The notes below the pieces were generated by a model. The model was given only the letters and a program-made list of their open reading frames with translations. It made no database searches and was not told the DNA's origin. A stretch of 63,978 bases of DNA, the filler included, from Craspedostauros australis (Eukaryota): the NCBI GenBank assembly GCA_030167865.1. It is 6 parts of 6 records of this genome, joined end to end, with 100 filler letters (N's around TTAATTAATTAA, not from the genome) between each part and the next. Parts side by side here need not be neighbours in the genome. Positions count along the whole stretch, not along the records: positions 23,000 to 50,539 come from JALAGF010004583.1; positions 50,640 to 58,264 come from JALAGF010004584.1; 4 more parts are not named here. One strand, given 5' to 3'. A program made the position numbers and the translations under genes. Below, piece after piece: positions 47,569 to 58,364 of the stretch; within the stretch, counting starts at the first letter, position 1, and every line of letters starts with the position of its first letter.

Positions 47569-48348
47569 TTATCGCCTCGAATTCATCTGCTGTCTGAGAA
47601 CCTCCAGCTCGGCCTCCGTCGGCGATCCATCCTCGTAGTAGCCCTGATCGGCTTCGTCATCGAGGACTCGGGTGAGCGTGACATCGTAGATGAGATTCCC
47701 GCCTCTTTGCTCCACCATCTGGTCCAGCTTTTTGTTGAGCTTGGAACGATCCCACGGGTACGAGGGCATGGGACCGAGGCCGATATCGACGAATCCCAGC
47801 TTGGGCGGGATGATGAGGCGGCGCGTGCTGCCCTTCTTCATGGTGTGCAGCCCTTCATCGAGGCCCCCAATCATCTTGCCGTTGCCGTGCTTGATGAGGA
47901 AGCTGGTGGCCTCGTCGAATTTCTGCTTTTCCTTGTCGTTGGGGAGCTTGATGTAGGCTGTGTAGTCGACGATGCAGAGCTGACCGTAACGCGGCGTGAC
48001 GGCATCTGGATCCGTGGATGGCTTCAGCTCGATGTACTTCAACCCGGAAGCCAGCTTGTACATGGTCACGCCCTCATTCTCCGCTTGAGCCTCTTGCGAG
48101 GATTGCAACATGGTTCCCGCAGCCAGGATCCCGGAGGTCAGAACGCTGCGGCGCTGCACGGAGGCCGGCCTCTCATGATTCTCTTCCACCGATGGAGTGG
48201 CCTCATGGGCGGGTTGTCTGTTGGCATTGTGCGCCTCCAACGAGGAAGCCGCTGTCGCCACGGGCAACTGTGGGCGCGGCGTGAATGCTGAAACATTCTG
48301 CAGCATGCAAGCCGCCCAGACGATCGCGAGTCTCGTGGATGTCACCAT
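47569..48348 (-). CDS. FKBP-type peptidyl-prolyl isomerase, predicted thylakoid lumen (259 aa)
   Basis: SGLKYIEL, VDYTAY, FD...F..G.GKMIGGLDEGLHTMKKGSTRRLIIPPKLGF is the FKBP core. Tripartite presequence: signal peptide VSA|F, twin-Arg QRRSVL, hydrophobic stretch and AQA site. Confidence 0.9.
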   Translation of the reverse strand: MVTSTRLAIVWAACMLQNVSAFTPRPQLPVATAASSLEAHNANRQPAHEATPSVEENHERPASVQRRSVLTSGILAAGTMLQSSQEAQAENEGVTMYKLASGLKYIELKPSTDPDAVTPRYGQLCIVDYTAYIKLPNDKEKQKFDEATSFLIKHGNGKMIGGLDEGLHTMKKGSTRRLIIPPKLGFVDIGLGPMPSYPWDRSKLNKKLDQMVEQRGGNLIYDVTLTRVLDDEADQGYYEDGSPTEAELEVLRQQMNSRR

Positions 48349-49019
48349 TTCCCCCGCTGCACTATCGCTTCTACCTTCTTGTCGAAGCTTCTGTTGCTAC
48401 TGTTGCTACTGTTGCTGCTGCGATGTTGTGTGTTGTGTGATTTGAGGTTGCTCTACTCCCGCGATCTTTCATCCAAAACAAGTTGGTGGTTTGCGGATCT
48501 CTTCTGTGTGGTGTGTGCGTCACAATCAAACTCGTGATTCACTCAACCACTTCAATCATCTTTCTTTGGAAGCTGGGTGTGAAATAAGTATTTATCTTAT
48601 ACTTCATCCAACAAGCGTTTCAATTCACGAACACACCAATCACTTGACGAAGAATAGATCGGGACTGACAAAGAGTCTATCAATGTACCCAAAAGGGGGA
48701 ACATACGTTTGCTGTTGTGACATGTTTGTTGCGCGCATGCCAGTATTCGCGCTTCCATCCCTCCGCGCACCCCGACTTTTTGCTGCCAGAAGCCAATCAA
48801 CCCGTGTCCACATGGATGGACACAAATGGAGGCCGCTGGTGGAGGCCAGACGTTCGTTGAGCGAAAATTCAATGCTTCGCGACCATCGAACCCAACCTCC
48901 ATCTTTTTCGGCAACCGACACGTCAGCTTCAGAAGTCAACTACGCCCTTCGTTCACGATTAGACAAGACACTTGCCTCTTCATGGATGCCCAAAAAAGGC
49001 TTGCGCTGTTTGGTCTGTG

Positions 49020-49462
49020 CGAATCTGGAATGAATCTTCAACGCATCCAAGACTGTGACATGACAGGTCAGTTCCGCCGACCGGCGAAATTCGCAACAGA
49101 CAGACCTGACACAAAGCGCGTTTCTCTTGTCACAACACATGGCAGAGTCGCTCGGCTCGCACCGAAGTGCACACTCGAGTTCGGTCGCATCTGTTCAGCC
49201 CTGCGCGGAAGATTGCTTCCAGCTTGCTCACCACCACTGGTGTTGCCTGCTGCCATTAACAACTTCTTCCTTTCTTCCGTCATGACACCAAGTGCTTCCA
49301 TCTCTTTGTCCCCATGTACCAATTCCAGTACGCTCTCGTACTCCACAGCCGTGGCTTTGCTGGCGCCGAAGATGTACGGTACTCTGCGAATGATTGCCTC
49401 TCTGTCTCGCCATTCCCCAGCTCCCCTCTTCGTCTGGCTGAGGCGAATCTTTGATGAATCAC
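49020..49462 (+). promoter_or_regulatory. Two copies of CGAATCTnnnATGAATC (49020-49036, 49444-49460); candidate phosphate-starvation (PSR1-type Myb) sites
   Basis: cgaatct-gga-atgaatc and cgaatct-ttg-atgaatc, each with two GAATC cores 11 bp apart and one YGAATCTH match, ~800 and ~380 bp upstream of the Na+/Pi transporter ATG. Confidence 0.55.
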
Positions 49463-49822
49463 TCCGGATCATCCGATACAGTACCAACCGACACCAGCTT
49501 CTTCCTTCGTCGTCTTTTCCCACCAGGCCAGAACTTGTGACTGTCGTGTCAATTCTGCATCGGTGAGCTTCGTTCTGAGTCCTCATCTGACTTCCGTCTC
49601 ATCTTTCTTCGCGTCTCACATCAATCATCACGTCGTGGGTTTGTTCCTTCGCGTCTCAGTCACCGCCATACTCGTGACGGCCATCAGCAACAGCACGAGT
49701 TCGTTTTGTCCCGACTTCCTCCTCGATCTTCTTCTCCTCACAAAAACTGAATTTGCACAAAGCAAACGCAACAACAACAAACACAAACAAATACCCCGTT
49801 TGAAAGCAAATCAATTGTCAAC

Positions 49823-50539
49823 ATGGTACGTCCCAACAGCAGCATCCGGTTGTGTTGATGATGACATGGCATGGCATCATCTGCAGGCATGTAAACGTAA
49901 CTGAAAGGCATTCGAGCGTTGTGCTGCACATCGTCGTCTTCATTCTCCAAGCCGCCGGCTCAACTCATTCATACACTCACTCACCCATCCAACTCTCCAC
50001 GTCACCCACAACTACGACGACCACGTCCACGTCCAACAACAATAACTCCAATACCTTCGCAGGCTGATCAGGACCCAGAACTCGTCAAGGATGAGGCCAA
50101 GAGCCGCAAGGACCGCCCAACCGGCTCCATGCACGTCGGAGATGTCGACTTCGAGGTCGAGGACCCAGCCGATATCGGAAACGCCTCCTGGGAGGAGGTC
50201 ATCCAGACCTGCTGCGTTCACAGCGCCGAGGAGTGGGTCATGATCTTCCTCGGATTCTCCACCGTCGTCTTCTTCCTCTACTTCTTCCTCTTCGGACTCG
50301 ACCTTCTCGGATCCGGAGCCAAGGTCATGGGAGGCTGCACTGCCGGACAGCTCTTCGGAGATGAGACCAACCCAATCGCCGGACTCATGGTTGGCATCCT
50401 CGCCACCGTCCTCCTCCAGTCTTCTTCCACCACCACCTCCATCGTCGTCGCCCTTGTCGGTGCTGATGCCGTCTCCGTCAAGCAGGGAATCTTCATGATC
50501 ATGGGTGCCAACATCGGAACCTCCGTCACCAACACCATC
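49823..50539 (+). CDS. SLC34/NptA-family Na+/phosphate cotransporter, 5' part (exon 1 coding = ATG only at 49823-49825; exon 2 from 50063); cut by assembly gap
   Basis: LYFFLFGLDLLG, NPIAGLMVGILATVLLQSSSTTTSIVV and IMGANIGTSVTNTI are the SLC34 QSSS repeat signature. ATG|GTACGT...TCGCAG|GCT splice is in frame. Confidence 0.9.
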
Positions 50540-50639
50540 NNNNNNNNNNNNNNNNNNNNNNNNNNNNNNNNNNNNNNNNNNNNTTAATTAATTAANNNNN
50601 NNNNNNNNNNNNNNNNNNNNNNNNNNNNNNNNNNNNNNN

Positions 50640-52100
50640 CTGGTAGTTCAGACATCCTTGGTCGGAGTTCTTCGTGTTGAATACTTGTCCAAGTGCTTTG
50701 GTCACCCATTGTGCTTTACCTGTATTGGCGTGCAAGTGCAGTGCCACCCACAGCATGTTGGTCCAAGTGCCTCCGCTCTTCCTGTGTTGGTCTCTTGTTT
50801 TGTCTGAGACTGCTCCCATGAATTTGACTCTTCCGCCACCTTTACCTTGGCATCCATATCGTCAAGGAGTCCGTTGATGATTGCCAGTGTCTGCTTAGCT
50901 TTCATGAAGTTCCCTGAGTATGCAAGATACCCCAATCTCTGAGATGTTCTCTGCTTCTTGGAGGTCCCAAATGTAGGAATATTCACTTTCAGCATACACT
51001 CCTTCCATCTCCATGCACCTGCTTGTGAAGGCCTCCATGTTGACGTTGGATCCCATGCTCAATTGCATGTACACATTTGGGTCTTTGGCAGTTGGCTTGG
51101 CCCAACACGCAAATTTCTTGAACCGGTTCCAGTCTTGGGGGAGGGGGGATGCCATCTGTCATTTTGATGGTTCCTGTTTCCTTATGCCTCTTGTACCATG
51201 GGTAGATGACTAGCTTTGGGCCTTGTGCGAGTTCCTTGTCAGACCGTAGCTCAAACCTTGCCTGGAAGTCTTTTCTAGGCATACTGGATCCCTTGTTGAT
51301 GCTGGGCTGCATGTTAAATCTCTTTTGTACCAGTGTTGAGGTGTTGCCATTTGTGCTTCTGTTCTGGCCTCTGCTGTCGTCCATCCTTGCACTTTGTCCT
51401 GGCTTCTCTCTTCCTCTGTTGCTGTGGATTTTCCNATGTTGTTGGCAAAACAGGCTTTTCCTTTTGCATTGGGATTGACTGAGTGGGCAGTGATGGATGT
51501 TTGGCACAGAGTTTAGGTTTTGACAAGTGTGATGAGGTCGTAGTGGATGGTGTGTTGGAAGCATCGTCTGGGATCAGTTTGTGACGAGTTCGCTAGCAGT
51601 TGCTTGATCTGAACTCTTTGTAGATTGTCCAATGCCACTTTGGCCACTCCAACATTGATTTTTCTGTCATGCATCACTCGTTGGGAAAGCTTTGCCAACT
51701 CCAGCACATTCGGCACTCCTGCTGACACTGTACTGACTTTGCCACCTTCTCACTGCACTTTGTTGGACAGCGTGCTCTTCAACTGGTCGTGCCTGTGGTG
51801 CCGTTGTTCTCCAAAGACCTCATATTCCTTGAACNCCTTCAACTTTTCAGCNATCGTCTTGTCCAGATTTTTCCAACNGTTGGTTTTGGGCTCTCTCACC
51901 TTGGTGGATACTTTTCCTTGTAGTGTGATTGTTTNGTACTCGTTGAGCTTCGGATCCGGCTCTGGAGGAGGCTTGGGCTTTCCTGTGTCTGTCGCTGTTG
52001 CCTCCTTGTCCTGGGAATTCCTCTCATCGCCATTGAGAGATCTTGAAGTTGGGTCATTGTTGGTCACCATTGTCAATCTTTCGTTTTCTCTTCCTACTGG
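50640..52100 (-). mobile_element. Degenerate TE-derived ORF, possibly ORF1 of a non-LTR (Ambal-like) retrotransposon
   Basis: Fragmented minus-strand frames (KPPPEPDP; PKLVIYPWY; LPQDWNRFKKF..KP...VYMQL; LQ...LGYLAYS) with stops and frameshifts, strong CpG depletion, scattered single Ns and location at a contig end. The family call is from recalled motif resemblance only. Confidence 0.4.
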
Positions 52101-53636
52101 TTGAGCGTGTAGAATTCGTACTGGAGGATTGTTGATTGGTGTTCTCTTTTTGAATTACTAGTGTTTTCGTTTGTTTGCTGTGTTGGGGTTGCTGTCATTA
52201 TGAGAGAGGATGAAAGTAGACCCACACTATATCACCTATTACTGTTGGTAGTGGTTGGTGAAGTCCCACGGGATAAGCATATGCCAGCGATGCGATGGGC
52301 CTCAACACGTCGCGAAAGGGAAGCAGGGAGGAAGAAAAGAATGCAAACATGATACNGGAGACTGGCCCCGTACAGCACTCCGTCACAATACGACTGCACG
52401 CCGTATAGAACCACATCGCTGTCGTCTGATAGCAAGCCAAATACTAATAGCAATGCAATCTCCGAAGGAACAAACGATCACATCTTGCGCATAGGGTCCC
52501 CCAAAACATTGGAAACCCCACCAACGCGACGGCAACACGCAAACCTCACGGTCGGAACCCTAGGAAAACTATCCGTCTGCGCGTGCGTACGCCTCTACCC
52601 CGTAGATGCCATCCGAGGTTTAAGCATCCATATCTTTGCAACCACCCCGATCTGGAAGCCCAGACTGACACCATAGTTAGTTTCTCACTTTATTCTATAG
52701 GGGTGGGTGGTTTATACGCTAAAACGTGATTTAACGTCTTTAACGGCTCTCGATGGCTACTTATGGGTTTATCTGCATCAGGGTCATAATACTCCACAGG
52801 TGTCACACGTATTCTGTCGTCACGGTGTGGACAGGAACTGGATCAAAGATCCATCCAACGCGAAGGAACCCTGCTCGTTGCAGCCGTGTCCCACCCGCGC
52901 AGTTGATGTTGCGTCTTCTCGCTCGCACAAAAGTTGAAGAATCACCACCATCCATGGTGACGACATCTATTGCCACATCACCGTCAACACCAACATCGGA
53001 AGAAGACCCCCGACACATACTCCAGTAACTACTGGTAGATACACCACGACACATACACACAGCACAGAACAGAACGGCATATGGGTAACTCAACGGAGTA
53101 ATGCTACGTCGGCATGATTGCTCTCTCCTTTCACCACAAACCCGCAGGTTCTCCACATCCTCTCACTCTTGCAACTGCTGAGTCGCAAACTATCAGCCCT
53201 CTGCACCCAACGCACGCAAATGCTCACGTACAAACATGCAGAACGATGAATCGTGACATAGGCCACAGTCACGGCACAAACGACGATACTTCAAACGATG
53301 AAGACGATGATGGACTGCTCGTAGACACAGATTTCCAAATATCTATCCCGACACGCCCGCCATCATGTCTCCTCCGACGCCGGCGCCTATCTGGAATCTC
53401 CGTCAGGCAAAACACGCTCCACGCCGCTTCCGCCTCGGACATCGTTCTGGTCTTCTACTGTACTTCTGATCCGTCCGACACGGTGACGGCGGATGTTGCC
53501 ACCACGACGTTGACCGTTTCATCGTCGAGAAGGGAGGTAAACTGCCGGTGCTTCAGCGAGTGCGCCTGAGAGGGACAAACGAAGCTAAACCAAATGCAAA
53601 GATCCTGAATCCAAGCCTCTTTTGCTCAGAGTTTGC

Positions 53637-55214
53637 TCATCGCGGAAATCCAGCCCGTTTCTTGTTCTTGCTTTGTGCACGACGAGCGGCGCCGGGATTT
53701 GATGCCTTGCGCGCCACTTTGCAGCCTACGGTTCCATCCGGTGCCGCATTGGACCGCTGCGCCTTGTTTGCCGGCGACCGAGGTCGTCTTTTGACGGCTC
53801 TTGGCTTGCTGTCACTGGCACTTGTTTTGGCCTTCGTATTATGTTTGCGCATTTGCCTGTGCCAACGTTTGTGCTTCTTTGAGTGGTTGCTGCCCTCTAC
53901 TGGCGGAGAACTAGTGACGGCTATATCAGCGGTACCACTGTGCTCTGATTCATCTTGTTGATGCACAGTCAAGGGCGATGTCGACGCGGCGTAGAAGAGC
54001 TCAGCAATTTGCGGGAACGTGATGGAGATGAATGGCATGAGGACATGCGGATTGTTGCGAACGAACGATTGCGAAAGAAGGAACGCGAGCGACTGCGTGT
54101 CCCATCTCTCCGCGATGTGTTTCGCCGCTTTCACTATCGATGTTCGATATCGGTTGGCATCCAGCAAGGGCTCGATCTCATCGCAGAGGAAGTCGGTCCT
54201 GATGAAGCCGACCTCCAATTCCAGCTTGGTGAGGGTGAGGTTCTTCCTCAATGCGTCCAGCATCTTTTGTCGATGAGCTTCGCGCACGTCCACTGCGATC
54301 GGCCAGTCTTCGTCATAAGGCTTAATCGCGTAGCTCAATTGGCGGAGCTTGTCATTGGCGACCAAAGCTACGAACCCATCGACGCACACGGTGATTGGAG
54401 CTATGCCTCTTAACTCAATGGTGTGAAGACTGTGGCTCCTCGCAATCTTTGGGAGGAGGATGCTCCAATCAGTACCTCCGTCGCCGCTGCGGATGAAGAG
54501 CTTACGAACGCTCTGGCAGTGTTCGATGCCATCGGCCAGATATGTCGCGTCGATGTTGCAAAAGTATAGTGTGATGGATTCGAGGATGCAGGCGGAAGAC
54601 TTGAGGCGCCTGCACAAGCGCTCTCCGCGGTCATCAAACACGCAAACCTCCATGTGGATCCTGTTGTGCTGGACCATCCAATCGGACAGATCTTCGCTGA
54701 TGTTGTAACAACGGTACATCTCGAAAAGATGAAGCGACGATCGAGGCTGGGTGACTACCAGCGACCCAGGTAGGCCTGAGATGAGATAACCCGGGGTGCA
54801 AGCCTTGGGGTTTGGTGGTGAGTTGCCTAGCAGCAGCAACAGCCCTTCCATGACAGATCGGTGGCTTCGAGTTAGTCTATCGTGGTGCTCGTACTTGTAA
54901 CTGACAACGAGAGAGTCGTTGAAGCGAATGTGACTACCGTAGGTCGGATCTTCCCCGAGGCCGTCGTATGTCAGGACGATGGGCCCGATCGAGACGCAGT
55001 CGCATTCGTCAACGACGCTCTTGAATTGATTCCACGTGAAGCCACGCTTGTGGAGGAGTTCCCAATCACCATCTCGCACATCCAGCTTGAAGCAGGAGAA
55101 CCTATGGCTATTGGATTTCCTGATCCGTTTCTTGAGATTCAGGCGCTGCCACAGTAATTCGAAGTGAGCATCCTCTTGAAGTTGTGGAGTGACTGTTGCC
55201 ATTGTCGTTGCCAT
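53637..55214 (-). CDS. RNI-like/degenerate leucine-rich-repeat protein (~525 aa from MATTMATV) with basic C-terminal tail
   Basis: LESITLYFCNI, VRKLFI, LHTIELRGI, LRQLSY and LDALRKNLTLTKLEL repeats end in IEPLLDANRYR, like diatom RNI-type proteins. Start codon uncertain. Confidence 0.6.
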   Translation of the reverse strand: MATTMATVTPQLQEDAHFELLWQRLNLKKRIRKSNSHRFSCFKLDVRDGDWELLHKRGFTWNQFKSVVDECDCVSIGPIVLTYDGLGEDPTYGSHIRFNDSLVVSYKYEHHDRLTRSHRSVMEGLLLLLGNSPPNPKACTPGYLISGLPGSLVVTQPRSSLHLFEMYRCYNISEDLSDWMVQHNRIHMEVCVFDDRGERLCRRLKSSACILESITLYFCNIDATYLADGIEHCQSVRKLFIRSGDGGTDWSILLPKIARSHSLHTIELRGIAPITVCVDGFVALVANDKLRQLSYAIKPYDEDWPIAVDVREAHRQKMLDALRKNLTLTKLELEVGFIRTDFLCDEIEPLLDANRYRTSIVKAAKHIAERWDTQSLAFLLSQSFVRNNPHVLMPFISITFPQIAELFYAASTSPLTVHQQDESEHSGTADIAVTSSPPVEGSNHSKKHKRWHRQMRKHNTKAKTSASDSKPRAVKRRPRSPANKAQRSNAAPDGTVGCKVARKASNPGAARRAQSKNKKRAGFPR

Positions 55215-55860
55215 TGTCACTGTCGTTGTCGTTGTCGTTGTCGTTGCATCTGGTGCTGCATCTGATGTTATCGATTCCAACGACAGGGTTCCTTCTGTTC
55301 TCTCTTCCCTCTCTTGATGTCTGAGTCCTCGTACTGTTTGGGACGATAGTTGTCCTGAGGTGGGCATTGCGCGCAATGTGAGAGAATCCTGAGAGAACCC
55401 ATCAAACAAAACGGAGGGAAGCCCCAGAAACGCGCGAAAGCACACAGCAATCGTTGAAGAGCTCCAGTCATGTCGTGGATGTCTATAACGGGACCGATAG
55501 TAGTGGTTGAGTCACGCCATCCTCAACCCATCAACAACAATCCGCACGATTGCGAGAAAGCCATCCTCCGAGATCCCAGGGTGGAGGCAGGTTGCGCGAT
55601 GATGATGTTGGCATCCATAGTAGTAGTCGTACCCTCTCTCTGCAGAGTATGCAAAGTATTAGTACTTGTGCCCACCCACTGTATTCACAGACCCCGTCCC
55701 ATTGCCAAGCACATTGCTCTTTTCGTTAGAAAGCAAGAGTGAAGGTGAAGGTGAAGGTATTGGAGTCGAAGTTAACGGCTTGAATCGCAGGAATTGAGAG
55801 GCACACGATACGTTCCTTCAAAGGCGGACGCTCATTCAGAGAGGCAGAAGAGAGAGAGAG

Positions 55861-58263
55861 ATGTCGAGGCATCGATTTGTGAGGAATCTGGTGGAGGACG
55901 ACTACTATGATGGCTACGATGATGACGACTACTACGATGAGGATGACTACTATGACGATCACGACAACACGAACTACAACAAGAGCAATACAAGCAGCAA
56001 TAAAAGCAGCAACAACAGCAGCAAAGCGTCGGGCTCTACTTCGGGCCCTGGTGTATCATCATCATCGGTGAAGGCATCCGCGACGGCATCCGCGACAGCG
56101 TCATCCACGACGTATGCGCAACCCGTCGGTTATGCTCCCAAGAAAGCACCAAAGCCAGCACCAACGCCAGCGTCCTCTGCCGGAGTATCGAAGCCTCCGC
56201 CAGGATGGGGCAAACCGTCCGCTCCTGCTCCTGCGACGACGAAAGCTGCGAGCAAACCTGGGATCAGCGCGCCGCCGGTGGGTTGGGGGAAACCAGGAGG
56301 TTCCAAAGCTGCAGCAGCGAATGCCGCGAATCAAAAGCCGTCGTCTGCTGGAGTATCGAAGCCACCACCGGGTTGGGGCAAACCTGGCAAGGCCCAATCC
56401 AATCCATCAAACCGGTCCCAAACGAAAGCTGCTCCTGCTGTTGCGAGCGGGGTCATGAAGCCTCCGGCAGGTTGGGGCAAGCCCGGCCAATCCAAATCCA
56501 AGCCGTCCTCGGCGCCGGCAACACCCACAAAGTCGAAACCTGCATCTGCAACCACACCCACGTCCACATCGAAATCTACCAACGCATCGAGCAAGTGGAA
56601 TCGTCCTATCCCGGAAGCGCTCAGAACGAACACCACCAGCCAGCTGTCGATGGTTGTGCTGGGGCATGTGGATGCTGGCAAGTCCACGCTCATGGGGCAG
56701 CTGCTCATCCAGGTCGGCCAAGTATCCAAACGCATTGCAAGCAAGACCAACCTCGCGTGGTTGCTGGACGAAGATGAAAGCGAGCGAGAGCACGGCGTCA
56801 CCATGCAGATCGGGACCAAATCATTCACAACTCCCAAGCACGATATCATCATCTTGGATTCTCCGGGACACGCGGACTACATCCCCATCATGATCACCGG
56901 TGCGGCGCAGGCAGACGTCGCCATCCTGGTCGTTCCAGCGACGCGGGGTGAATTCGAAGCTGGATTTGAGCACGGCCAGACGAAGGAGCATATCCTCTTG
57001 GCACGTGGTTTGGGCGTCACGCAAATCATCGTCGCCATCAACAAGCTCGACGTCATCGGGTGGGATCAAGGGAGATACGAGCAGATCAAGCACGATGTGA
57101 CGAGTTACCTGCTGCAGCAACAGTTCGGCCCAAAGCGCATTCGATTCGTCCCGCTGAGTGGATTGACAGGCGAGAACGTCAAATTTGTGTCATCCACAGC
57201 AGAAATCAACGAGAAGTTGCAATCCTGGTACACGGGCCCCACCTTGCTGGAAGCAATCAACACCTTTCAGCCAGCCAATCGACACCTCGGTACGTCATCT
57301 GGAGTTTGTTTTGCCCCTGCGCCTGTGTTCGGGCATCTTCTGTTGCGCATGTGGAACGAAGACTGACGGAAATTGGACAATCACAAGAAGCATTGCACAA
57401 GTATTGCACCATGCAATGTGTTGCACAATGTGAATATGAATATGAATTCGTTCTCACACCTTTGCCAACTTGCGCAATTCATCTTCAACATCGAAACTAC
57501 GGAATCCTCCAATTGATAACTCCGTCGCACATTCTGTAACGGGTGTCCTGCCATGGTGCACACAACAACAGACAAGCCATTCCGATTCATCATCACAGAC
57601 ATGTCCGCCGAAGGCAAAGGTGTCGCTGTGCGGGGACGTGTCGTGCAGGGGTTCTGCCGAATCGGCGATCGGTGCAACGTGCTGCCAATCGGTGACGCGG
57701 TTACCGTATCGAAGCTGGAGCATTTGCAACCTCCATCGGGGGCGGGACAGAGCGATTCTGTCTCTTTGGATCGTCTTTCCATTGCGCAGGCAGGTGATAC
57801 GGTCGAGTTCCTCGTCACAGGCATTGACGTCCTGCGTTTGTCCGTGGGGAGCTTGTTGGTGCCGTCCGATCTCACCTTCCATCCGAGGATAGCGAAGAAG
57901 GCGCAGGTCAAGGTCGTCGTCCGCGATGCGCTGAAGATACCGATCATCAGCGGCAGTCAGGTGCTGTTTCATATGCACAGCTTGAACATCCCGTGCACTT
58001 TCTCCAAACTGATATCCGTGGATGCAATGTCGTCCAGCGCATCCACAACATCAGCAGCAGCATCCAAATCAAGCGCAGGCAATGGATCTGCGAAGCCCCG
58101 CAAGCCACGTTCACTCCCAAGCGGATGCACCGCCACGGCAGAAATCACGCTGCAGGAGTCCATCTGTTTGGAACAGTTCGCGCATTGCCGCGCGCTGGGT
58201 CGCTTCGTCCTGAGGCGTGGCGGCGACACAATCGCTGTTGGCATCGTCGATTCTGTGCTATGA
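55861..58263 (+). CDS. HBS1: HBS1-like translational GTPase (ribosome rescue); 2 exons (55861-57289, 57572-58263), ~706 aa
   Basis: N-terminal MSRHRFVRN plus DY-rich tract (HBS1 signature). G1 GHVDAGKSTLMG, EREHGVT, DSPGH, NKLD and SGLTGEN are present. Splice gives HL-D-KPFRF. C-terminal LGRFVLRRGGDTIAVGIV. Confidence 0.92.
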
Positions 58264-58364
58264 TNNNNNNNNNNNNNNNNNNNNNNNNNNNNNNNNNNNN
58301 NNNNNNNNTTAATTAATTAANNNNNNNNNNNNNNNNNNNNNNNNNNNNNNNNNNNNNNNNNNNN

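Noticed and set aside
48826..49586. Overlapping 246-aa (+) and 172-aa (-) ORFs between FKBP and SLC34
   Set aside because: No recognisable motifs or codon bias; the region behaves like a divergent promoter.
50540..50640. TE appearing to interrupt the SLC34 gene, and copia appearing to abut the HBS1 stop (58264-58364)
   Set aside because: Both junctions are linker-containing gaps, so true adjacency and distance are unknown.
11177..58263. Apparent cluster of translation/ribosome quality-control genes (Ssz1-like, IBTK-like, HBS1)
   Set aside because: HBS1 is separated from the others by two artificial contig joins and many unrelated genes; there is no evidence of a functional cluster.
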